The position numbers were made by a program, and so were the translations under genes. Shown piece after piece: positions 1 through 6,280 of a stretch of 7,287 bases of DNA; position 1 is the stretch's first letter; each line of letters begins with the position of its first letter. The notes beneath the pieces were generated by a model. The model had not been told where the DNA came from, ran no database searches, and saw only the letters and a program-made list of their open reading frames with translations. This DNA is from a virus (taxonomy: Duplodnaviria > Heunggongvirae > Uroviricota > Caudoviricetes): the IMG/VR virus record IMGVR_UViG_3300011952_000014, positions 1 to 7,287 of that record, one strand, 5' to 3'.

Positions 1-259
1 CGACCCGGTAACAGTCACTGAAACGCGTTATATGCCGGATAACACGATGATCCTTGGCAACACAAAAAACCGCGGGCTCCGCACTTATGGCGCAATTCAG
101 GACGAAGACGCGCTGAAAGAGGGGATTTGCGAAGCGACGCGCTATCCAAAAGTCTGGACCACTACCGGTGATCCGGCAGTGACGCAAACAATGACGCAAT
201 CCGCGCCAGCAATGGTCCTCACGGACGCCGACGCGTTCGTTGTCGTAAAAATTGCGTAA
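1..259 (+). CDS. 3' end of a CDS entering from upstream (partial); possibly a head/capsid-module protein
   Basis: Frame 2 is open from nt 2 to the TAA at 257-259 (...RYMPDNTMILGN...FVVVKIA*). The stop is followed at once by a hairpin plus T-run. Product is positional inference only; I do not recognise the sequence. Confidence 0.5.
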   Translation, partial: DPVTVTETRYMPDNTMILGNTKNRGLRTYGAIQDEDALKEGICEATRYPKVWTTTGDPAVTQTMTQSAPAMVLTDADAFVVVKIA

Positions 260-278
260 GAGCCGAAAGGCTCTTTTT
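258..278 (+). terminator. Rho-independent terminator candidate
   Basis: Read directly: AAGAGCC (258-264), GAAA loop (265-268), GGCTCTT (269-275), a perfect 7-bp stem, then TTT (276-278). It overlaps the stop codon of the upstream CDS and sits 16 nt before the next start. Stem is short and AU-closed, so it is probably leaky. Confidence 0.6.
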
Positions 279-293
279 GGTTAAGGAATCAAC

Positions 294-713
294 ATGAGCA
301 CAAAAACAGAATTGCTGGCGCGCATTGACGATCTGAGCGCTCAGCTCGGTCGCGAATTACCGCGCAGCGGGACTATTGCGGAACTGGAATCAATCGTTGC
401 CGGCGCTGAGTCAGAGCTCGATATTCTGAATGAGCAATCTGGTGACGCGGGAGGCATCGAGATCGCGGTGAATACTGCGCCCGGGACTGATAGCGATCTC
501 GCTCAATCAATCGCGAGCGCTATCGTTTCACAGTCACAAGAACCGGAGCTTGCACCGGCTACGCGCCGCGTTAAGCTGCGTAACACGCTGGACGTTTATC
601 ACTACGTGAACGGGCGTCGCGTTCGCGAGATTGTTGCCGCTGGACGTGAAATTGTTGTTGATTCACCGGAGGTCGCGGACCTCATCGCAGCTGATCACGT
701 TTACGCGCTATGA
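294..713 (+). CDS. Hypothetical phage structural-module protein (139 aa); possibly head-tail connector or head completion
   Basis: ATG at 294 preceded by AAGGA (283-287) at 6-nt spacing. Acidic protein with a helical-looking N-terminus. Its stop overlaps the next start (ATGA at 710-713). Function not recognised. Confidence 0.7.
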   Translation: MSTKTELLARIDDLSAQLGRELPRSGTIAELESIVAGAESELDILNEQSGDAGGIEIAVNTAPGTDSDLAQSIASAIVSQSQEPELAPATRRVKLRNTLDVYHYVNGRRVREIVAAGREIVVDSPEVADLIAADHVYAL

Positions 714-1090
714 GCTACTACGATGACCTCCGGGCTGGCGACGAGGAGATGATCCGTGAGTGGGGACGGCCCGTTAAATTACGCGGTAAAACCGACCCCA
801 TTATCGCTATTTTCAACGAGCCTTACGCGCGCGTTGACGTTCCTCACGCTGGTTTTATTACCGGTACAGTAACGAGCCTGACAGCGCTCTCAGACGACGT
901 CGCTGGCGTTGTTGCGCGTGACGTTGTCCAGGTCCCAAAGCAGCGCAGTATCGCTGCTGACGGCTCAGTTACCTGGTCTTGTTGGACCGATTACGTTGTT
1001 AAAGAACCTCAGCCGGATGGCACAGGGCTCACGAATATTTTTTTAGAGTCTCACACACCCAGCGAAAACAGCGAGTATTCAAAATACTAA
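710..1090 (+). CDS. Hypothetical phage structural-module protein (126 aa); possibly head-tail joining
   Basis: ATG overlaps the upstream stop (ATGA), implying translational coupling. No hydrophobic segments, so not a holin. Function by position only. Confidence 0.65.
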   Translation: MSYYDDLRAGDEEMIREWGRPVKLRGKTDPIIAIFNEPYARVDVPHAGFITGTVTSLTALSDDVAGVVARDVVQVPKQRSIAADGSVTWSCWTDYVVKEPQPDGTGLTNIFLESHTPSENSEYSKY

Positions 1091-1121
1091 GTGGGAACGC
1101 GGTCCCACTTAAGGGGGAAGC

Positions 1122-1802
1122 GTGGCCGATTTACGTAGTAACGCGCAGATGTTCGATATCGATGTTTCTGCGTTGGAGCAACTCAGAGTCGAAATTAGCG
1201 CGACGCAACATCAGATGCTGATGGCATACGACAGGGCGCTGAACCGAACTGCAAAGCATATGCATCGAATTTCAGCAGGAATGATTTTGACTGCACTGGC
1301 AGCTAAAAATCATAAGGCCGTAGATAAACGAATCAAACCGTTCATTAAGCGACGTAATTTTACAAAAGAAGGGGCAGGAGATCTGAGCAGCGTAAAGCTC
1401 TGGTACGGCCTGAACGATTTTCGGGTATCTGAGCTAAAGGGGCGATTACAAAATCCCCGGAAGCAAAAGCAGCCTCGCAATCCAGAGACCGGTCAATTTT
1501 TGAAAACAAAAAAAGGCGCTCGAGGTGCAACTTTTACACCCAAAAGTGCAGGGCTGGCGATGATGAGCTGGCCCGATTCTTTCGTAGCGAAACGCTACGG
1601 TGCGAAAAGTGTCTGGATTCGACTGGCTCGCGGAGGAATCGAAGAGGCTCGCGTACCTGTGCACGACGCGCTGGAGGATGCTATCGATGATTATATTTTC
1701 GAAAATATCGGCCCTGTTTTTATGGGATTTTTTGAGAAAGATTTACGCGGTCGAGTGAAAGGAATCGTTCACGTAGACCCTAAAACAGGTAAACGATTAT
1801 GA
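1122..1802 (+). CDS. Hypothetical phage protein (226 aa), basic middle region; possible virion morphogenesis or tail completion protein
   Basis: GTG start at 1122 preceded by AAGGGGGAAG (1111-1120). Lys/Arg-rich central stretch (RLQNPRKQKQPRNPETGQFLKTKKGARG). Stop overlaps the next start (ATGA at 1799-1802). Functional call is positional. Confidence 0.65.
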   Translation: MADLRSNAQMFDIDVSALEQLRVEISATQHQMLMAYDRALNRTAKHMHRISAGMILTALAAKNHKAVDKRIKPFIKRRNFTKEGAGDLSSVKLWYGLNDFRVSELKGRLQNPRKQKQPRNPETGQFLKTKKGARGATFTPKSAGLAMMSWPDSFVAKRYGAKSVWIRLARGGIEEARVPVHDALEDAIDDYIFENIGPVFMGFFEKDLRGRVKGIVHVDPKTGKRL

Positions 1803-2311
1803 GCGGACTTGATGCATTTGACGAATACCTCGATCGCGTTAAAGGCGCGGTTTTACAAATACCGTTCATCAAAACATTCGGTNNNNNNNNNNCAGCTCTG
1901 TTCCTGGAAATCAGCAACTGGTCACAGAGTGATGAGCCTGTGTCGGGTTCAATTCAGTCAGTCGAGCTGTCGTGTAATTTGTATTTGCTGCGGGAGTTTG
2001 CGGCTGATCAGTACGGACTGAAATCGCAGAATGCAGCGCTCTATATAACAAGCTGGATTAATGGGCGAATGTTCGGTCCCGGAACTAAACCGGCAAAATT
2101 CAGCGACGCTGAACCGTGTGACTGGATTAAAAACGGGCAGTCAGTCGGCTCGCATTCAGTTCAGTGCGTGTCGTTCACGCAGGTCGTCGGCGTCGGTCCC
2201 GATATTTTCGATTATCCATCACAGGGAACCCTGAAAAATATATACGTCGGAATAGCGCCAGATATCGGCGCAGAACACGAGAGCGACTACTATGGCCCAA
2301 TCGGACGATGA
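1799..2311 (+). CDS. Hypothetical phage protein (~170 aa if the gap is exactly 10 nt), interrupted by an N-run; possible tail-completion or baseplate-associated protein
   Basis: ATG coupled to the upstream stop. Frame is open on both sides of the N-run at 1883-1892. The 3' end overlaps the gpV start by 20 nt in another frame. Model depends on the true gap length. Confidence 0.5.
   Translation: MSGLDAFDEYLDRVKGAVLQIPFIKTFGXXXXALFLEISNWSQSDEPVSGSIQSVELSCNLYLLREFAADQYGLKSQNAALYITSWINGRMFGPGTKPAKFSDAEPCDWIKNGQSVGSHSVQCVSFTQVVGVGPDIFDYPSQGTLKNIYVGIAPDIGAEHESDYYGPIGR
1883..1892. other. Run of 10 N (assembly gap or masked bases)
   Basis: Literal nnnnnnnnnn in the sequence, inside ORF 1799-2311. 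Confidence 0.99.
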
Positions 2312-3194
2312 ATATGCCGCAGCGGAGAACGCGCGCCGGCTGCGTGACGCAGTTAAACGCGGCACGATAGCTGCAGTTAAAATGAATCCTCCCCGTTGCC
2401 GAGTCTCATTTGGTGGCGAACACCAGTCGGGCTGGCTGCAGTGGTTTACTCACGCCACCTCAGAACGCGTCGACTGGAGCGCACCATCAGTGGGCGATCC
2501 CGTTACTGTTGTTTCTGAAGGTGGGGACACGCGGAACGGTGTAGTTATGCTCGGGCTGCACATTGACGACAAAGCTCCGCCAAGCAACGACCCCCATGAT
2601 CACGTCACTGCATACTGTGACGGGGCTACGATGACGTATAACACAAAAAATCACACTCTGACATGGCAGGGCCTACCGGACGGCGTAGTAAAAATACTCG
2701 GTGAGTCTGAAATAGAAATATTCGGACGAGCAGACGTTACTATTAATAGCGAAAATGTCGTTAATATTCACGGTGGAAAATTAATTAACGCAGACGCTGA
2801 CGTTATTAACGTGACAGCAACAGACACAATTAACGCACACGCGGATTTAGTGAACGTTATAGCAACGAGTTCTGTTAGTATTACTGCTGCGAACAGAATA
2901 TCGCTGACAGCTCAAACAATCAGTGCGTGGGCTCCGGGGGGGATAACACTAGCTGGTCCAACACATATCACCGAGACGTTAATTGTAGATAAGTTAGCGA
3001 CATTCCGTAACGATATTTCTGTCACTGGAGATAACGGTGGAGCAGGTAATATCACAACTCGCGGTAGTGTGTTAGCAGGGCAAGAGGTACAGGACCGACA
3101 AGGCACAATGAATGAGATGCGTATTACATATAACGGGCATACGCACATATGCCCTGACGGAGAAACAGATAAACCAAATCAACCAATGGCGTAA
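2292..3194 (+). CDS. V: Baseplate central spike protein, P2 gpV family (300 aa)
   Basis: N-terminal motifs PRCRVSFGG...GWLQWFTHA...WSAPSVGDPV match the P2 gpV OB-fold region as I recall it (GRCRVQTGG...DWLQWLTH...WWAPSVGEQV). The middle has 8-residue periodic repeats typical of a triangular beta-helix. C-terminus has YNGHTHICPDG with an HxH motif. Sits immediately upstream of W-J-I. Confidence 0.9.
   Translation: MAQSDDEYAAAENARRLRDAVKRGTIAAVKMNPPRCRVSFGGEHQSGWLQWFTHATSERVDWSAPSVGDPVTVVSEGGDTRNGVVMLGLHIDDKAPPSNDPHDHVTAYCDGATMTYNTKNHTLTWQGLPDGVVKILGESEIEIFGRADVTINSENVVNIHGGKLINADADVINVTATDTINAHADLVNVIATSSVSITAANRISLTAQTISAWAPGGITLAGPTHITETLIVDKLATFRNDISVTGDNGGAGNITTRGSVLAGQEVQDRQGTMNEMRITYNGHTHICPDGETDKPNQPMA
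2730..2951 (+). repeat. Degenerate ~24-bp (octapeptide) periodic repeats encoding the gpV beta-helix
   Basis: Protein units ADVTINSE / NVVNIHGG / KLINADAD / VINVTATD / TINAHADL / VNVIATSS / VSITAANR / ISLTAQTI. At DNA level, recurring gttaat / attaacg motifs in an AT-rich stretch. Confidence 0.6.
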
Positions 3195-3196
3195 AT

Positions 3197-3538
3197 ATGC
3201 TTGGAATGGACCGTTACACTGGTAAACCTTTATCCGGGGTTGACCACATTTGTCAGTCTATCGTTGATATTTTAACGACCCCGCTGGGGACCCGTGTAAT
3301 GTTACCGGAATATGGCAGTAAATTATTTGACCTCGTCGATAATCCCACAGATCCATCGCTTGCTATGCGAATAATTATGGAAAGCGCTGGCGCAATAGCA
3401 CGCTGGGAACCACGCGTCAGAATTGACAGAATAAATGTGTTAGCAGTGGATATCGGGAAAATAACAATATTAATTATCGCAACAGATATCGAAACACAAC
3501 AGCGATTAGAGTTTAATAATATGGAGCTGATATTTTGA
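3197..3538 (+). CDS. W: Baseplate wedge protein, gpW / T4 gp25-like family (113 aa)
   Basis: Motifs ICQSIVDILTTPLGTRVMLPEYGS and ARWEPRV match the gpW pattern as recalled from P2 (ISQSIGDILRTPVGSRVMRRDYGS...LKWEPRV). ATG lies 2 nt after the gpV stop. Confidence 0.9.
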   Translation: MLGMDRYTGKPLSGVDHICQSIVDILTTPLGTRVMLPEYGSKLFDLVDNPTDPSLAMRIIMESAGAIARWEPRVRIDRINVLAVDIGKITILIIATDIETQQRLEFNNMELIF

Positions 3539-4455
3539 TAACATCAACAGTTCAGAACTCGATAGTGAAAACTATTGATATGAGTCTGCTGCCGCCGCCA
3601 GCATTCGTTAAGACCCCGTTATTTTCAGATGTTAAATCTAATCTACTGTCAGAGCTGCAGATATTATATCCACAATTTAACGCACTCCTGGAGTCAGACC
3701 CGGCAGTTAAACTGCTGGAAATAGTCGCATACAGAGAAATCATTATTACAGCCCGGGTAAATCAAGGGGTGTTCGCTGTATTGCTCGCATTCGCAAAAAA
3801 TAGCGATCTCGATCAGATTGGCGCTAATTTTGACTGTCTGCGGCTGTTGATAACGCCAGCTAATCCTGACGCAATCCCCCCGACTGAGGCGGTTTACGAG
3901 AGTGACGACGAGTATCGTCATCGCATACAGCTATCATGGTATGCGCGGAATACTGCTGGCAGTACGAACGCGTATAACTATTTCGCGCTATCGAGTGATC
4001 CAGACGTTTTGTCTGCTCAGGCATACGGCCCCCCCGTGACCCAGCCTGGATACGTCGATATGTATGTCCTGTCGCGAACCGGCGACGGCACTCCGCCTCA
4101 ATCACTACTGAATACAGTTAATGCAGCGCTGTCTCCTGATGACACCCGACCGCTAACCGATTTCGTTACAGTAAAACCTGCGTCGAACCTGAATTACCGG
4201 GTTGAGGCCGATATCGTAGCGGGGCTCGGTCCCGACCAGAACGTGTTGCTCAACGGTGCTCAGAGCGATTTAGCTATATACGTGGCTACACAACATAAAA
4301 TCGGGGCGACGGCAGCTCTGTCGGGAATTTACGATGCGATACACCGTGACGGCACTGAGCGTGTGATTCTGATATCTCCAACAGAGGATGTGATCGCTGG
4401 CGTCGGACAGGCCCCGCACTGCACAGAAATCAAACTCAGCGTGCAAATGGGGTAG
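3535..4455 (+). CDS. J: Baseplate assembly protein, gpJ family (306 aa with the TTG start)
   Basis: Motifs LITPANPDAIPPTEAVYESDDEYRHRIQ and VLSRTGDG match P2 gpJ as recalled. TTG at 3535 overlaps the gpW stop (TTGA) and has GGAG (3523-3526) 8 nt upstream. Alternative starts GTG 3565 or ATG 3580 cannot be excluded. Confidence 0.88.
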   Translation: MITSTVQNSIVKTIDMSLLPPPAFVKTPLFSDVKSNLLSELQILYPQFNALLESDPAVKLLEIVAYREIIITARVNQGVFAVLLAFAKNSDLDQIGANFDCLRLLITPANPDAIPPTEAVYESDDEYRHRIQLSWYARNTAGSTNAYNYFALSSDPDVLSAQAYGPPVTQPGYVDMYVLSRTGDGTPPQSLLNTVNAALSPDDTRPLTDFVTVKPASNLNYRVEADIVAGLGPDQNVLLNGAQSDLAIYVATQHKIGATAALSGIYDAIHRDGTERVILISPTEDVIAGVGQAPHCTEIKLSVQMG

Positions 4456-4457
4456 CC

Positions 4458-5090
4458 ATGACAAGTCAAAGCGTACTGCCTCCGAACGCAATAACCCCCG
4501 AGAGAGCGCTGGAATCTGTTTTATCTCACGTTGGCGATCTGCCTGGCGATATTCGAATTATTAAAAATCCCGATTTGTGTCCTGCAAATCTGTTGCCGTG
4601 GCTGGCGTGGGAATACGCCGTCACCTACTGGAACCCCGACTGGAGCGAGCAGCAAAAACGCGAAATTATTAAAGCAGCTGCGTGGCAGAACAAGCACCGC
4701 GGAACGCGTGGAGCTGTTGAACGAGCGTTATTAACAGTTGGATTTGAGAGCAAAATGAGAGAGTGGTTCGAAGCCGCGCCCAGGGAAGACCCGTATACAT
4801 TCGCAATTAAAATATATCTGCTAAAAAGTATGGGGTTAGATTTAGAGCTATTGAATACATTTATTGCACAAATATTTGATGCAAAAAATTGTCGCTCTTT
4901 ATTAAAGGAAATAAATTTCGAAACAGGTGTGGAAGGGGAATTTTTTATAGCTGGAACTCCTTACACAAAAATAGGCGTAAATATACCGGCAGATGGTGAT
5001 GGTGGCGTGAAATACCTTGTCCTTGTGCTGATCAAACACATCGACANNNNNNNNNNGAGTCTGTTAGTGGAGATTGGACCCAATGGCTAA
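4458..5090 (+). CDS. I: Baseplate/tail protein, gpI family; 3' end unresolved because the ORF runs through an N-run
   Basis: Motif NPDLCPANLLPWLAWEYAV...HRGTRGAVERAL matches P2 gpI as recalled (NPDTCPANLLPWLAWAFSV...HKGTIGAIRRVV). ATG at 4458 lies 2 nt after the gpJ stop, with GGGG 5 nt upstream. The stop at 5088-5090 holds only if the gap is exactly 10 nt. Confidence 0.85.
   Translation: MTSQSVLPPNAITPERALESVLSHVGDLPGDIRIIKNPDLCPANLLPWLAWEYAVTYWNPDWSEQQKREIIKAAAWQNKHRGTRGAVERALLTVGFESKMREWFEAAPREDPYTFAIKIYLLKSMGLDLELLNTFIAQIFDAKNCRSLLKEINFETGVEGEFFIAGTPYTKIGVNIPADGDGGVKYLVLVLIKHIDXXXXSLLVEIGPNG
5047..5056. other. Run of 10 N (assembly gap or masked bases) at the gpI / tail-fibre junction
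   Basis: Literal N-run in the sequence. Confidence 0.99.
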
Positions 5091-6036
5091 ATTAAAATCA
5101 AATCTGAAAGCTAACGCGAGCCAAGTTTATGCGGTGCTGACAGACCGTGGCGCGCAATTAGAAGCTGCGGCGCTGGCGTCAGGCGTGCCGGTAGTGCTAA
5201 ATAAATTCGTTATTGGTGACGCGAACGGAAATGACGACGTAACACCAGACCCGGCCAGAACGGCATTAATTCACGAGACGTATCGCGGAGATATTAAATC
5301 GTCAGAAAATAGCGGTAATCAGGTCATTTTTACACTGTACGTACCGCCGGAAACCGGCGGTTATACCATCCGCGAGGTGGGGATATTAACAGATAAAGGG
5401 GAACTGTACTCAGTTGCACGTTCACCGGATATTTTAAAACCTACGGACAGCAACGGCGCGCTGATTTCAATCACGTATAAATACACTCTCGCGGTGTCCA
5501 GCACGTCTACTGTTAACGTTGTTATTGATAACAGTAGCGGAATGAGCCAGGCAGATGCCGATAAACGATATTTGCAGATAGGTAAAAATTTATCTGAAAT
5601 TAAAGATAAAGGCACGGTGGCGCAAAAAACGGCGCGAGAAAATATCGGCGTAAATCTTGATAATTATTACACCAAAGAAGACGTTGATGATTTAATTGAT
5701 GCTAACGATGACCCTGCACCGGCGGTGCCTGCGTTTGCAGCTGTCGGCTCAGTTGTTTATGCTGGATTTACATTCGATAACTCTACTGTAATGCACTATA
5801 AACCTGGTGATCAGTTACAAGGTTCGATAATTTCCCCTGCATGCATTCAATGGAAATATACCGGAGGTGTCGGCTCTATGAGCGAAGCCACGCTTACGCT
5901 AACTTTTGGAAGAGAGCCATTGCCTGGTATTTGGCAATTGTGCGGACTGATCCCCCAGAGCTATGAGCCATCTTCCGGGGCTGGTGAAGATATCTATACT
6001 GGCAAATTTGCAACTAATTTCACGAGGATAGCGTAA
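5083..6036 (+). CDS. H: Tail fibre protein with P2 gpH-like N-terminal baseplate-attachment domain; short (317 aa)
   Basis: N-terminal motifs VIGDANGN...PDPARTALIHETYRG...YVPPETGGYTIREVGILTDKGELYSVAR match the conserved gpH N-terminus as recalled (AVGDGGG...PDAGQTGLIHEVWR...IPPEVGGFWMRELGLYDDAGTLIAVAN). ATG at 5083 with GGAG (5069-5072) upstream; the track's TTG at 5074 is less likely. Only ~165 aa follow the conserved domain. Confidence 0.85.
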   Translation: MAKLKSNLKANASQVYAVLTDRGAQLEAAALASGVPVVLNKFVIGDANGNDDVTPDPARTALIHETYRGDIKSSENSGNQVIFTLYVPPETGGYTIREVGILTDKGELYSVARSPDILKPTDSNGALISITYKYTLAVSSTSTVNVVIDNSSGMSQADADKRYLQIGKNLSEIKDKGTVAQKTARENIGVNLDNYYTKEDVDDLIDANDDPAPAVPAFAAVGSVVYAGFTFDNSTVMHYKPGDQLQGSIISPACIQWKYTGGVGSMSEATLTLTFGREPLPGIWQLCGLIPQSYEPSSGAGEDIYTGKFATNFTRIA

Positions 6037-6041
6037 AACAA

Positions 6042-6275
6042 ATGATAACAATTGATAACTTTTCAAATATAAAAACACAGCGCTATTCCAGCGCATCGAA
6101 TAACAGTATTGATATTGTCTGTGACATACAAGGGATCGGTAATGCTATTTTATTTACTGCATCTAAAACAGACTCCACATTATATGGCCGAGAGTTATAC
6201 GAGCGCGCCGCTTGCGGTGAATTTGGTGATGTTGCTGAATATGTGGCTCCAATTATAATCGAATCAGGAGAGTAA
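6042..6275 (+). CDS. Small hypothetical protein (77 aa), AT-rich; candidate tail-fibre accessory/chaperone or moron
   Basis: ORF fits exactly between the fibre stop (6036) and the sheath start (6281). Visibly AT-rich compared with flanking genes. No good Shine-Dalgarno (nearest GAGGA is ~13 nt upstream). No homolog recognised. Confidence 0.4.
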   Translation: MITIDNFSNIKTQRYSSASNNSIDIVCDIQGIGNAILFTASKTDSTLYGRELYERAACGEFGDVAEYVAPIIIESGE

Positions 6276-6280
6276 AATAA

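Noticed and set aside
1035-1043. Homopolymer runs (T7 near 1037, A7 near 1507, A7 near 6569) as possible slippage or frameshift sites
   Set aside because: The reading frames continue with sensible, motif-bearing protein sequence on both sides. No alternative frame opens downstream, and the P2-type E/E' frameshift site would lie beyond this window.
1446-1664. Minus-strand ORF (72 aa) inside + strand gene 1122-1802
   Set aside because: Lies antisense to a well-supported coding frame, has low-complexity composition and no RBS; typical antisense shadow ORF.
1809-2370. Nested + strand ORFs in alternative frames (1809-2021, 2164-2370)
   Set aside because: Out of frame with ORF 1799-2311 and gpV; translations are Arg/Cys/Ser-rich junk typical of off-frame reads.
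2912-3148. Minus-strand ORF (78 aa) inside gpV
   Set aside because: Antisense to the gpV beta-helix and apex region, whose + frame carries recognisable motifs; shadow ORF.
3552-4491. Minus-strand ORFs 3552-3743, 3694-3921, 3860-4105 and 4270-4491 inside gpJ
   Set aside because: All antisense to gpJ, which has strong family motifs in the + frame. They overlap one another in different frames and lack start contexts.
4531-4734. Nested + strand ORF (67 aa) in an alternative frame inside gpI
   Set aside because: The gpI frame carries the conserved NPDLCPANLLPWLAW motif over the same nucleotides; the alternative frame is Arg/Cys-rich and implausible.
5074-5082. TTG at 5074 as the tail fibre start (as in the ORF track)
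   Set aside because: The GGAG at 5069-5072 would be only 1 nt upstream of it. ATG 5083 has better spacing (~10 nt) and gives an N-terminus (MAKLK...) consistent with gpH-like proteins.
5343-5361. Perfect 8-bp palindrome ACCGCCGG-aaa-CCGGCGGT inside the fibre gene
   Set aside because: It encodes the conserved PPETGG motif, so it is plausibly a by-product of codon choice. One such hairpin is near chance expectation in 7 kb, and it has no T-run or intergenic context.
5361-5615. Minus-strand ORF (84 aa) inside the tail fibre gene
   Set aside because: Antisense to the conserved gpH-like N-terminal domain; shadow ORF.
5700-6036. Possible diversity-generating retroelement variable region at the fibre C-terminus
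   Set aside because: No template-repeat copy, no adenine-biased near-duplicate and no reverse transcriptase gene are visible in the window.
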